A stretch of 63,580 bases of DNA, filler included, from Octopus bimaculoides (taxonomy: Eukaryota), in assembly GCF_001194135.2 (NCBI RefSeq). It is 4 parts of 4 records of this genome, joined end to end, with 100 filler letters (N's around TTAATTAATTAA, not from the genome) between each part and the next. Parts side by side here need not be neighbours in the genome. Positions count along the whole stretch, not along the records: positions 31,449 to 62,209 come from NC_068991.1; positions 62,310 to 63,580 come from NW_026426776.1; 2 more parts are not named here. One strand, 5' to 3'. Shown one piece after another: positions 50,199 to 63,580 of this stretch. Each line of letters opens with the position of its first letter. Position 1 is the first letter of the stretch. Made by a program: the position numbers and the translations under genes. Below the pieces are notes generated by a model. The model ran no database searches and was not told the origin of the DNA. It saw only the letters and a list, made by a program, of their open reading frames with translations.

Positions 50199-51439
50199 AT
50201 CCTTCAGAATATTTAAATTAGAGAAATGTGTTGCATTCCCCATGTATCTATATATATATACGAACTTTTCAGGGATTGATGCTGCATATTAAAAATTTTG
50301 GTTACTAATTATTAGCAAAATGCAGTTCGTAATTATCTCCGTGCAATAGGAGTTATATAAAAATAAACCTCCAACGCCAAGCTTTTTAATTAGGTTTAGA
50401 ATAACGTTTGAACTCTTAAGTCAAACATATTCCTTAAATTGATTCTGTATGGACTATATTCTATCATCCTTGTACTTGCTTGTATGAACATAAAAAGCTG
50501 TCTTTCAGATTTTTATGTTTTCTCTTCCAGATATCGTTTCAGTAATTGCGTTGAAGCGACATCAGTTATTTTCTTTGTTATGCTTCCTGTGATATGCCAT
50601 CGTGTGATACGTTCTTTCTCTCATGTATTGATTTTGTGTATATATGGTCTCCTCTCATCTAATGATATAGCTTATCTATATGGCGCGCCTTTAGAGATCA
50701 GACTCAAAGTATTATTAAAGATGTGGCATCATTCGGGAATAATATTTTTAGTTATTATATTACGCTTAAAATGTTATTTATGTTATATATATAAACACAC
50801 ATATATGTATATATGTATATATGTATTATACATATATATGTGTGTATACATGCATGTATATAATTATATTTATATGTAAATATGTGCATACGTATATGTG
50901 TATATGTGTATATATATGTGTATATATATGTATATATATATATACATATATATGTATATATATGTATATATGTATATATATGCACATATGTATATATATA
51001 TATGTATATTTTTATATAGATACATATGTATATATATATATATATATATATATNNNNNNNNNNNNNNNNNNNNNNNNNNNNNNNNNNNNNNNNNNNNNNN
51101 NNNNNNNNNNNNNNNNNNNNNNNNNNNNNNNNNNNNNNNNNNNNNNNNNNNNNNNNNNNNNNNNNNNNNNNNNNNNNNNNNNNNNNNNNNNNNNNNNNNN
51201 NNNNNNNNNNNNNNNNNNNNNNNNNNNNNNNNNNNNNNNNNNNNNNNNNNNNNNNNNNNNNNNNNNNNNNNNNNNNNNNNNNNNNNNNNNNNNNNNNNNN
51301 NNNNNNNNNNNNNNNNNNNNNNNNNNNNNNNNNNNNNNNNNNNNNNNNNNNNNNNNNNNNNNNNNNNNNNNNNNNNNNNNNNNNNNNNNNNNNNNNNNNN
51401 NATGATGATGATGATGATGATGATGATGATGGTGGTGAA

Positions 51440-51496
<57 letters not shown>

Positions 51497-52169
51497 CTAA
51501 GTACAATCTAAATCAAGTTTAGTCTTTAGTGTCTACTGCAGTACTTTATTTTATTGACACCGAAATACGAAAAGCTAAGTTCACGTCAACGTTGATTTGA
51601 GCCCAGAACCAATAGTCAGCCTAACAACTTTCACAGTTATTTCCACTTAATACTTTTCAGCGCAGATCTTACTCCGTTCTCTGAAAATCACTCTAAACAT
51701 TGAAAATATTAATAAAATGGAATTTGACGTATATAAAATTAGATATAGATGCGCTATGGCAATTAGGGAGATAGTGTGTGTCTGTGCTTGAGAGAGATCG
51801 AGAGAGAGAGAGGAAGAGTAAGAGAGAGAAAGAGAGAGTGGGAGGGAGGGTAGAAAGAGAAAGAGAGAATCCTTATATTCAGAGCAAACCAAGTAACTGA
51901 ATCCAGCTGCATTAAATATACTATTCACATGACCCCCAGCCTCACAAACTATCAAAACATTCGTCATTTACGATGTTTTGACATTTTTTGGAACAGCGGT
52001 GTTTATTTTTCATTGTAGTCATGGAAGATTATATCAGTGATAAATCTTTAAGCCAGGAGCGCTGCACTGAAAGGCAATGCACATGATACTTGCATTGTTG
52101 GTTTGGCCAGATGTTGATGCAGCTGATATTCAGTCTGAACAAATACCACTAAATATTAGTATAAAACGC

Positions 52170-52330
52170 GGCGGTGAACTGACAAAATCGTTAGCACGCC
52201 GGACAAAATGCTTAGCGGCATTTCGTCCGTTTTCTTGTTTTGAGTACAATTTCCGCTGGGGTCGACATTGATAGTCATCCTTTCGGTGTCGAGAAAATAA
52301 GTACCAGTTAAACACCAGGGTCGAATTTCA
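52170..52330 (+). mobile_element. SINE
   Basis: aatcgttagcacgccggacaaaatgcttagcggcatttcgtc..ggtgtcgagaaaataagtaccag. Confidence 0.8.
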
Positions 52331-52488
52331 GTGATAAATTTTTCAGCCAGAAACACTACACTAAGAGACAATGCTCATGATATTTGCATTGCTGGTTTAG
52401 CCAGATGCTGATGCAGCTGATATCTACATATAAGGATTCTCTCTTTCTCCTTTCTTTCTCTCACACACACACACTCTCNNNNNNNNNN

Positions 52489-52540
<52 letters not shown>

Positions 52541-53425
52541 AATCAGCATAGCACATCTATGTCCATCTTTATATACAACAAATTCCATTGTATGAATATT
52601 TATTAAAACTGCTGGCCTTGTGCCAAAATTTGAAACCACTGTCTGCAGAAAAAATGCTAGCAGACACGTAGAGATCTCGTTTCAATGCTTCCTATCGATT
52701 GGTGCTTCAATGAAGGTCTCTGAACCAGGCCGTGGTGTAAGACGTGTTAGTCCTATTTCTCAAATGCCTTAGCGTTTACTTTAGACCTGCCAGTGACTTA
52801 ATTGAAACCTTCGAGTTCTCAGTTGGTTGCCAAGTGTTATATCCGATCAGAGATCAATCTCTTGTGATTTTGTATTAGTTTGTAGGTAATTTAGACGGCA
52901 TGAAAATTTTTAACACAAGTCTTTGTTAAATCATTGCATTCCCTAAAAGAATATTAGAGAAAACAATAAATTCATCGATTTAATGCATTAACTCCATCCA
53001 TATCCCCCCAAAGTTCCATTCTCCTCTCATTCTCACTTCCCTGCAAACCACCAACACTGACTTCCTTCCCACTGTGTCTTTATCATCATCATCATCATCA
53101 ATAGCACTATGTACTATCAGGATTCGATGGATATTTTAGATAACGAGAATTCACTCAGGCGTCAAACGCTATCATTTTTTTGTTCTTTTACTATTAGTGT
53201 TTAATAGCTCAATCGTATAATTGTTTAAATAATGTCTGGAAACAAACAAGACCTGCTCAGAATTTCAATTTCTTCAAGGCAACTTACGCTTCTTAGAAAA
53301 GAAAGAGAACACACAAACAAGTTCTTGCATACACATGTAGAGTCGATTTAAATGTTATTTCTTTGTACAAAGGAAGAAAAAAAACTTGTTTGTGTTTATT
53401 CATTTGGTGCCCATTGTTTCCTTAG

Positions 53426-53453
53426 AATGATTCTTACAAGCCATATGAAAGAG
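53426..53453 (+). other. Candidate 28-nt microexon
   Basis: ttgtttccttAG|aatgattcttacaagccatatgaaagag|GTAAGT; open in two frames (NDSYKPYER or MILTSHMKE). Confidence 0.35.
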
Positions 53454-55519
53454 GTAAGTGAATAAGTCATAATTAGGATTATTGTTTTGGATTTGTTTTA
53501 TGTTATTATTGCATCGAATGTATAAGTTAGAATACATATACGATTTGCCTCCCATAAAAATCAGTAGAATAAATTGTTTTAATAAGCAAAAATTATAACT
53601 ATAATGACTTCATTAAAACTAAAATATCTTATAAGCTGACTCACTGGAATCTTAAATCGACCTTAATACTGGACAAGTATTTAACTCGTCAACCGAAGAA
53701 CGACTAAAAGGTAAACTTTATCTTAGAGGAATTTATAATGAGAAGATCACGGGGGGAAACGATATACTGTTTGCAATAGTTCGACGCATTTACAACTCAG
53801 GCAATCTACTAGTTTTACAGGTACCAGAGAATAATATTAACGTTTCGGATTCGGATAGGAACGTAGTACTGTGTCAATTTACAGGATTCCTGAATCTTGC
53901 TGACTTGGAATATTATAGAATCGTGTAGCTGTACAGAATTCTACCTGAAGAACACATTAGTGCTAATCAGCCTAGGAAACACTATCGTTCGAATATACTA
54001 TATTTGAAGCTTACGAACTTGTTACATATACACTTAATACTTACAAACCACTGTGTTAAGACCAACAGGGCGGACCAAGTTTTAAATAATACAATTACCA
54101 TATCTAAATGACAAAAGCGATTTAAATGGACATTATTTAGCTCTATCAAAGAGACTATGCAAATGATTTTCTGAGGGCACCGTTGAAAAACGTTTTACAA
54201 CGAAAGAATGAAACTAGATTGCGCCAAGACCTTCACTCATTAAAAAACTCTTAAAGAATAATTTTCCTTCGTACCCTATTATTAGCTGCATGGTCGTGAA
54301 GCACAAAAATGATCAGACCCACCTAAAGTTACAGCATAACAGTTCGGCTAATCACAGGGATTACTATAGTGAGTCATATCAAGGTATTGATATTATTTTA
54401 TAAAGATATAAACATATGAAAGACTAAATCAGAGAACATATCATTATCACCTGCAAAAAATCTCCCTCTTCTGCAACGATATCATTTGCCTCCAATATGA
54501 CGTCACTTTAATTTTGATTCTCCCCATCACTTATTCACATAGAAACAGAAACCTCACATGTGAATTCATTCTGGAACATAAAAAAATCTCTCCCGCAAAC
54601 ACTTTCAAACAGTTAATTATCATTCATTATAGCAACATATACAAGACAAACCTTATGAAAGAAACTGAAGTCATTGTGTATTGTACAGCCTAAAAACGAT
54701 TATTGATAAGCTTAATTTATAAAATCTGTATTTATATTTTCATAAAATGCCACTAACTATTTAATCTGAGAATCCTTCCGAAGTTCGAGCACCTTTTCTG
54801 TGCATACATAACATGTCTTATAGAAGTCACTTCTCCTTCTAGACTACCTGGAATTCTGCCTTACACAGTCATCAGGTGTGAAAACATATCTGCTCTTAAG
54901 ATTAATACTGAGGATATATGAACAATTTTCTTGTCGTACTGACCATCATTAAATGCTTTATAGAGTCAAATGTAGCAAAAATCTTTACCATAAGCATTTG
55001 TCGAAAAATATGGTTTTACCTTTCGACGTGGTAAAGACATTAAGTTATGTGAAGTTGTGTGCTTGAAACGCATTTTAGAGCCTATATAAAAGAAGTCCTC
55101 TAGCTTATTACGCTGCAACGACTGGAACACTGTCACGATATATTGTCTACTCTCGTCTCATTTGTTTTGAGAACTTTTTCTAATCATATCCACTGTATTT
55201 TCTAATCATATCTATTTCAAATCCACATTTAACATTTTATCGAAACAATTATTCTCAGAATTTCAATCATATGAAATTGCATTAGATCCCACATTTTCTC
55301 TATAAAACGTAAAATTTCAGAATCTGAAAATTTACTATTTTGAATTTAAGAGTAAGCCTCGTCGTCTTAGTGTGAAAAAAAATGGAGGCGGACTTAGGAT
55401 GTATATGTATATCTACTATATATTAATTTCAGTATTCTGTGAAGAACTTTGCATTCTTTCATACGTAAATCGAGTACAAAACTTCCTAAAATGAGTGACG
55501 TTCTTCTAAAACGGAAACG

Positions 55520-55748
55520 TCATATTGTTTCAAGCAATAACTTTAGGTGAGGACAGTTATGCCTCTGAAATGAAAGAGGATGTTAGACATAAAACAAATA
55601 TGACAAAGCTGAACATCAATTTTTGCCACAAATCTAATTTGGCTAATCAAATTGTTGTGGTTTGTACTTACATCATTCTCTCCAGAGCATGAAATCTTAT
55701 TGTAGAACCTGGAGGAAGCCATCTTCTGGAGTTTCCTTTTTTTCTCCT
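55520..55748 (-). other. Candidate spliced transcript segment (77-nt exon, 107-nt intron, downstream exon)
   Basis: Donor GAT|GTAAGT (intron starts at 55671), branch-like CTAAC, tract cctctttcatttCAG (intron ends at 55565). Spliced ORF MASSRFYNKISCSGENDRHNCPHLKLLLETI*. Confidence 0.45.
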
Positions 55749-56177
55749 CTGTAAATCCACTTATAATAATGCCAGGAAAATTATATTCTGATTGGCGATA
55801 GAACAATATGAACTTATTTCATGCCAAAATATCAACTCTAAGGTTATTTATTGATATTGCATTGGATGTGTAAACTAATTAAGATAATTATCGTAAATTA
55901 CATTCCAACGATGCTATAAACTTTCCACAAGGGAATTGAACTTGAAATATTTTCTGCTCAATTTGACATTTTGTTCATGTTGAACCGATGAGGAATCATA
56001 TAGGTTAAATCTATTCATGACCTATTGTTTTACTGAGTTTTATTTCTATATATAAATGAACAAAAGTAGCAGTTATTTCAACAGGCAACTATCTCAATGG
56101 ATATTATTACATAAATATTGATCATAAATATAAAAGCTTTCTTAAAAATACTTTTATTTCGTACCTTATTGAACTTT

Positions 56178-56233
<56 letters not shown>

Positions 56234-56969
56234 TTTTTCTTTCTTTCTTTCTTTCTTCCCTTTGCCATTCTCCCTCCTACGAAGCAATCAATCATTGGGT
56301 AGTTTCAGTTTTATTTTAACATTTGTTAACAAGTTGGTGGTTTTCTGAAATCACAGTTTTGTTTCCAAACTTTGGCGTAATTACCTTAACGTCTATTTCG
56401 TCTCCAATCTTAAGATAAAGGTCGCAATAACAACGTTAATAACGAACTTTCTTTGAAGATTAAAGATAAAACAGTTTTCTTCAGATTAAAAGCAAAAAAA
56501 AAATAAATTGTAATTTGATTCAAACAATATTTACTTGCAATCAATAATCGACCCAATTAGCAAACAGCATTAATTGGACGAATTTTTGTCAGAAAATTTA
56601 CAGAATATTTTGCTAATGTATAGAAATGTTGATATCACTTATGTATTTATTTATCGCACATAATATTATTATTCACTTTTGTCTTCAGTTGAAAAGTAAA
56701 TCTGTATATTCTAATACATTATTCTCTTTGAAAATTCATAGTGTAGATATGACTAATATGTCTAGACAATGGGCACTTATGTGTTAATGGGGATTTTGAA
56801 AGGGAGGTGGAGATCAAATTTACAAAAATTTACATATAAGTTCAATATTTATACCTAATAGAGTGGATTTAATGAAACGTGAGAATATTGATTATTCTAC
56901 CTTTTTATTCTTTCGTTCATTGGACTGCGACAATGATTAGACTCCACGCTAAACACACACACACACACA

Positions 56970-57018
<49 letters not shown>

Positions 57019-57730
57019 GTGTGCATGTAACATGTATGTAAATATGAATGTATGTATGTATGTACGTACGTAACTATGTACGTACATACATATATATATA
57101 TCTATATATACCTATGTACATGTATATATACATGCATATAAATATGTATGCATNNNNNNNNNNNNNNNNNNNNNNNNNNNNNNNNNNNNNNNNNNNNNNN
57201 NNNNNNNNNNNNNNNNNNNNNNNNNNNNNNNNNNNNNNNNNNNNNNNNNNNNNNNNNNNNNNNNNNNNNNNNNNNNNNNNNNNNNNNNNNNNNNNNNNNN
57301 NNNNNNNNNNNNNNNNNNNNNNNNNNNNNNNNNNNNNNNNNNNNNNNNNNNNNNNNNNNNNNNNNNNNNNNNNNNNNNNNNNNNNNNNNNNNNNNNNNNN
57401 NNNNNNNNNNNNNNNNNNNNNNNNNNNNNNNNNNNNNNNNNNNNNNNNNNNNNNNNNNNNNNNNNNNNNNNNNNNNNNNNNNNNNNNNNNNNNNNNNNNN
57501 NNNNNNNNNNNNNNNNNNNNNNNNNNNNNNNNNNNNNNNNNNNNNNNNNNNNNNNNNNNNNNNNNNNNNNNNNNNNNNNNNNNNNNNNNNNNNNNNNNNN
57601 NNNNNNNNNNNNNNNNNNNNNNNNNNNNNNNNNNNNNNNNNNNNNNNNNNNNNNNNNNNNNNNNNNNNNNNNNNNNNNNNNNNNNNNNNNNNNNNNNNNN
57701 NNNNNNNNNNNNNNNNNNNNNNNNNNNNNN

Positions 57731-57764
<34 letters not shown>

Positions 57765-57769
<5 letters not shown>

Positions 57770-58075
57770 GGCGCTGGCTTGGTGTCCAGGGTATCCGGTT
57801 CACGATCGTATGGTCGTGCGTTCGATTACCGGTGGCGCATTGTGACCTGAGCAAGGCACTTTATTTCACGTTGTTCCAGTCCACTCAGCTGGCAAACGTG
57901 ACTAGTACCTGTAATTCAAGGGGCCGGCCTTGTCACATCTTCTGTCACACTTAACCTCCCTGGGGTACGCGTGTCTGTGGAGTGCTCGGCCACTTGTACG
58001 TTAATTTCACGAGCAGGCTGTTCAATAAATCGGATGAACTAAAACCCTCATCGACTTAACCGACGGTGTGCCAGT
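57765..58075 (+). mobile_element. Full-length tRNA-headed SINE with conserved central domain
   Basis: Head, then ctgagcaaggcactttatttcacgttgttccagtccactcagctgg, then a tail shared with 18180-18358. Confidence 0.8.
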
Positions 58076-58168
58076 TTTTATATACACACACATATAAATA
58101 TATATATATATATATCGTTTTGGGATTTGGTTTGCAATATTCTTTGTGTGAGTTCGTGTGTTGAAGCA

Positions 58169-58420
58169 TATACTGTTGTGCCTTGGGAGAGTTATTCTCT
58201 TTTGGTGCCTTATAATTTAACACACTCACCGGTAAAATTTCCACTTATTACCTTTTTTATTTTTCTAAAATTTTCGTTGCGTTTTGTAACATTTTCAACA
58301 TTGAAGACGCAACAATAATTTTAGGAAAATAAATAAGTAAATGAGTGGAAATTTTATCGGTGAGTGCATTAAATTATAAGGTACTAAAAGAGAATGACTC
58401 TCTCCAGACACAACAGTATA
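58169..58420. mobile_element. Foldback MITE (about 250 bp)
   Basis: tatactgttgtg..ccttataatttaa..cactcaccggtaaaatttccact is mirrored by agtggaaattttatcggtgagtg..ttaaattataagg..cacaacagtata. Confidence 0.85.
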
Positions 58421-58421
58421 C

Positions 58422-58458
<37 letters not shown>

Positions 58459-58467
58459 CATATACAC

Positions 58468-58506
<39 letters not shown>

Positions 58507-58876
58507 ACAACAACCGTTCAACATAATCGAAAATATTAATACTCGAATGCTTAGATAAGGATTTCCTCTATATATGCACAAGGGTTTTGACTCACAACCT
58601 GATAATCCTATAAAATGATTCGATAAATAATTTCACAAAAGTCAGGAAACTCACATTTATTTTGCTTTATTTGAAAAAAAGTATCCCCCACTAACTTAAG
58701 AAATCGATCACTACTTTTGACCCAAATCATGCAAAATTCTAGGAGGTTCATAACGCCTTCTCAAGTTTTTAACAAACTTAGTGTGCTGAGTCAATGCAAT
58801 GCAGAAATAGTATATCTGATATTTAAGTTTTCTAGTTGAAGTAGATTCGGAGTTACGGGATTTTAAAACTATAATC

Positions 58877-60274
58877 ACTAGATATTTTACACATATTTAG
58901 ATATATCTATCTTCCGTGAAAATTACGATTGGATGGAATAAATATTACGTCAGTTATGATGAAATAAACAATCTTCCAAATTGCAGCAGCCAAAAGTTAA
59001 GGGTCACTTAGAAAAAATGAACTACTAACCGAAGTATTTGCTGTTTAGAAGACTGTTAATGGGCTAAGAGTTACTCTTTATCACCTTACTTTATTGGAAC
59101 ATTCAACTGTCAACATAGCGGCTTGTGAGAGACGACAGTGTCCTGTGATGAAAAACAAAGGGTTGAGTGCCTTTACCAAGAGGGAATGTCAATTTCTGAG
59201 ATGGCAAGTATTGTAGGAAGGTTTAGAAGTGTTGTAAAACGAATTGTAGCTCGTTTTATGTCAGATGCTAAAGCTCAAACCGGTAGACCTCGTAAAACTT
59301 TACCAAGACAAGATCGTATTATGGTTAGAATGTCACTGAAGGATAGGTTTAAGAGTGCTGCTGAGATGTCCCGCGAGTTTAGCTCCACTTCCGATGTCAA
59401 CGTATCACGCAAAACATTTTCTCGATGTTTACGAGATTCTGGGTTGCTTGCTCGGGCACCGGCTAAGAAACCTCTGATCTCCAAGAAGAATCGAACATGT
59501 CGCTTGAACAGAAGAACAGTGAAAGCAGGTTTATTTTAGCGATGAATCGTTTAACGTGATTGGTTCCGATGGCGGGACCTACGCCCGACGAAAAAGTGGC
59601 CAAAGGTTATCTCGTGCATGTGTGAGGAGAGACAGTGAAATATAGAGGAGGCAGTGTAATGGTATGGGGAGTGATCTCTGCTGCTGGTCCAGGTCCACAT
59701 ATTTGCATACAAGGGACTGTCAATGCTGAAATCTCAAGCAGATCTTTAGACAGCGTCCCCTTCCACATCTACGATCCTCGTCAGTTCAACCTCCTACCTT
59801 CATGCAGGACAACTTTCCCTCTCACTCTGCGAAGAGAGTCACAGAGTTTTTGAATGATAAAAGGGTTGATCTCATGGACTGGCCACCTCAAAGTCCTGAT
59901 CTCAACCCTATAGAATACGTTTAGAAGATTAGTAGAGATGGGTCGCGAAGAAGAAATCCAAAGAACCAAGATGAATTATTGAAGAACGAATGGAACAATA
60001 TTACTCTATTTTGCAAATAAATTAATTTAGCCCTGTGATAACAGATGTCGGGAGGTCATTGATAGTAAAAGGATGGTCACGTAATATTAATAGTATGGGT
60101 GTCTTTTTTGTTCTTGTTCCATTTTCAATGTTTTTATGTTTTTCTAAGTGACCCTTAAATTTTGGCATTTGCAGTTTTCAAGATTGTTTATTTCTTCATA
60201 CCTTACGAAATATTTATTCCACTTGAAATTTTTACGAAAGATAGATATATCTAAATATGTGTAAAATATCTAGT
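58877..60274 (+). mobile_element. Tc1-like transposon with about 140-bp TIRs and a disrupted transposase
   Basis: IRs 58877-59016 and 60137-60274. GRPRKTLPRQDR..KKPLISKKN, LFSDES, KYRGGSVMVWG and WPPQSPDLNPIE. Confidence 0.9.
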
Positions 60275-60659
60275 CTCAACGTTTTGTTAATCTTCCATAA
60301 TAAATATTTCAATACGTTTGTTCTTACTGATACTTATATTATGGCTGCTACCTTATAGTGTCTTGCAATGCCTATGTTTGTATGTTGAATATCTATAATA
60401 TGTTAAGAGTATTTATAATGCAGTTGCCTATATATTTTCTATACATAACACACAACATATAGATTATACAGTGCTTAGTTGTATCCGGGTAATATATAAA
60501 TATTTTCTTATAATAATAAATGCTTATAAGTTATGTACATATAATATGCCAACAATGCAGTGCGCTGCTCTTATTTACTCTATGGTGATTTTCTTCAAGG
60601 TACGGCTTCTATAAAAGCCGTGCCTTGAAGTATTATTTTCTGTGGTTGTGTTAAGCGTA

Positions 60660-60704
<45 letters not shown>

Positions 60705-60741
60705 CTATCCGTCCGTGTGTGTATGTGCGTGCGTGTGTGCG

Positions 60742-60797
<56 letters not shown>

Positions 60798-62309
60798 CGT
60801 GGATTATCTATACTGCCAAGCGTGACTCTACCATCCTTTGGATTCGTCAAAATAAAGTACCACTGGAAAATTTCTTGGAATTATGTCTATGCCGGATATC
60901 ATTTAATGCTAATGTGACTTTCGTTTTAAGTTTTGTTACTTTCTTTAATGTTTTCATGTTGACCGTACTGCTATATGATATTTATGTTAGAACATCGCAT
61001 ACGTTGTTTTAAATGGAAGGAAACACGCCCATTACCTTTTTCTTTTAATCCGAGAGCAGAAAGAAGTGATTATAAAGTAATTAATTTCAGTTAACGTAAA
61101 CTCTCATAATCTTGCTGCTTAAAGTAATTAGACATCTACGTGATGCCTATTTCCAAGAAAGGATACTGAACAAGAAAACGTTAAAAATATCTTGGCTCTG
61201 AAATAAGAACACTGTCAATTTGTAGTTGGTGGTCCGACAACGTGTCATTTCATAGGCCGAATATTTAATAAGTATTACTTCAACATGTGTTCTACATCAT
61301 ATAATCTGATATGAAAATTGTTTTTAACAAACGCCCCCCAGTTGATGCCAATGACATCAATGAGGAATATAGAATGATGAATTCATAGAGTAGTCCATTT
61401 AGAAGTGATTAATCTTGCTGTTGATATAGATTTCACCCTTAAGAAATACCTGTTAATGAAAGAACTTTGATTGGCAGTTTTAGTTAATAAACCTATACAC
61501 AATGCTTTGCTTTTGTTCTGCTTTTATTCCTAATTAATCAACTGACAAAAGTGTAAATGCTACTTTGAATGCGGAAGATTTCCTCCTAAAGGGCGTTTAA
61601 ATACTCAAGTTGTTTTCTCTCTGGTATTATATAGAAAAGCACCTATCATTTTACATTGTTTCTCATTAAATACATCTCAAGGATGTCGCATCCCACGTGT
61701 GTCGATGCTAAGTATCCAAACGTGTTTCGCAAGCAAAATAATATTCATTACAAAAACTGTGAACTATCATAAAATAGACTTCGATTTTTCGTGTAACCAG
61801 TTTTGAATTAAAAAGTTATACATCATTTCAAACATTACATTATTCAATAAAGGGGCAGAACAACGTTAGCAAGAGGCAATATTCATTCAAGTAGATCACA
61901 CATAGTTTAACATAATACAATAATAATAAACATATATATATATATATATGGGGTCGATATATCAGGTAGATGATATCAGGAGTTAAATTTACCGCTTGTT
62001 CAAAGTGGATATAGAAAAAAATATAAATAAATAAAATGAATCTATCTAATAGGTAACGGTACACGTTACATCTGAAAGTTCAGTTACGAGTATTTCACAA
62101 TGGTATGATTAGGCACAATAGTAATATTGCTAGGTTTCTATTTCAAACATCTGAGGTTTTGAAGTTTTAGCTTCAAACTAAAAACTATATATATATACAT
62201 ACGTATATANNNNNNNNNNNNNNNNNNNNNNNNNNNNNNNNNNNNNNNNNNNNTTAATTAATTAANNNNNNNNNNNNNNNNNNNNNNNNNNNNNNNNNNN
62301 NNNNNNNNN

Positions 62310-63369
62310 AGATCTATCGGACTTTCGAAGAGGTCAAATTGTTGGTGCTCGTATGGCAGACGCCAGCGTAACGAAAGCTGCTGAAATGTTTGGTGTGTCA
62401 AGAAGTACTGTCTCGAAAGTAATGACACCCTTGAGAAAGAGGGAAAAACCTCCTCGTTGAAACAAAACTTCGGAAGAAAAGCAAAACTTTCAGATAGAGA
62501 CCGTCAAACTCTTTAGCGAATTGTTAGAAAGGATCACAAAAGTACAGCTCCCAAAATTACTGCAGAGCATAATGACCACCTCGAGATCCCAGTTTCCACA
62601 AAAACTGTTCGCCGTGAGCTGCACAGAACCGGATTTCACGGGAGGGCTGCAATTAGAAAACCACTACTTTCAAAAACAAACGCTGCAAAGCGTTTAGAGT
62701 GGAGTAAAAGCCTACAGATTTGGTCCGTAGAGCAGTGGAAGAATGTTATTTTCTCGGACGAGTCATCCTTTACATTATTTCTGACCACTGGCTGATTATA
62801 CGTGTGGAGACAGCCAAAAGAAGCATTTGACCCAGACTTCTTCAAACTGTTAAACATGGAGGAGGATCTGTGATGATCAGTGGGGGGCTATATCTTGAAA
62901 ATTCACCGGCCCAATGGTTTCCCTTCATAGCAGAATTAATAGTCAAGACTATTAAGCATTTTATCAGGTCAAATTCACCCTATGGTTGCGGAACTGTTTT
63001 CAGAGGGAAACGCAATCTTTCAGGGTGATAATGCACTAATTAACACAGCTAGAGTTGTTACTGAATGACACGAGGAACATTCTAGTGAAGTTGAACATCT
63101 TATCTTGCCACCACAGTCCACAGATCTCAATATTGTTGAACATTTATGATGCATTTTAGAAAACAAAGTAAGGAGTCGATATCCTCCACCATCATTACTA
63201 CAAGAACTGGAGACTGTTTTAGCTGAAGAATGGACAAAAATTCGATCTTTGTATGAGTCCACACCTCGTAGAATTGAAGCTATAATTACAGGCAAAGGCG
63301 GTCCTACTCCATATTAAAATAAATTTGTTTGAAATTTTAAGATGTTTCCATTATTTTGTCCAACCCCTG
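62310..63369 (+). mobile_element. Tc1-like transposon (5' end lost in gap)
   Basis: DLSDFRRGQIVGARM, VIFSDESSFTLF and WPPQS-like PPQSTDLNIVEHL. Right TIR ccattattttgtccaacccctg|TA. Confidence 0.9.
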
Positions 63370-63580
63370 TATGTATATATATGTATACACACACACATAT
63401 ATATATATACAAACATATATACATAAACATATGCATACATTTATTCATATATACATACATATATACATGCATTCATATATTCATATATACATACATATAT
63501 ACATGCATTCATATATATATATTGGTGCATTGTTGTACCACTATCCTATATTTATATATATATATATTTATATATATATA

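Noticed and set aside
50439-50879. 146-aa hydrophobic ORF with a strong acceptor at 50530
   Set aside because: No recognisable domain, no matching donor, and it runs into a TA microsatellite.

Overview
Repeat-dense, AT-rich, gapped animal scaffold. The SINE, LINE and microsatellite repertoire looks like an octopus (coleoid cephalopod) draft assembly; this is inference, not a database result. The only long, clean ORF is an intronless protein of about 380 aa (3087-4226, +) with two predicted death domains. The rest is transposon relics and microsatellites: Penelope-like elements (PLEs), R4/Dong-like and Tx1/L1-like LINEs, a CR1-like endonuclease, an RTE-like 3' end with three C2H2 fingers, Tc1/mariner elements and MITEs, a Helitron, a Merlin/IS1595-like element with intact TIRs and a 9-bp TSD, and tRNA-derived SINEs. 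The most striking hidden layer is a set of minimal type I hammerhead ribozyme motifs. One is fully intact with a swapped G3:C8 core pair, inside a 13-bp-TSD-flanked inverted duplication (7120-7452). One has a U3:A8 core at a PLE 3' end. One sits at the tail of a tRNA-headed SINE. A candidate 107-nt minus-strand intron and a plus-strand microexon hint at sparse host transcripts near 53-56 kb. All domain and fold calls were made by eye, and many element boundaries are approximate.
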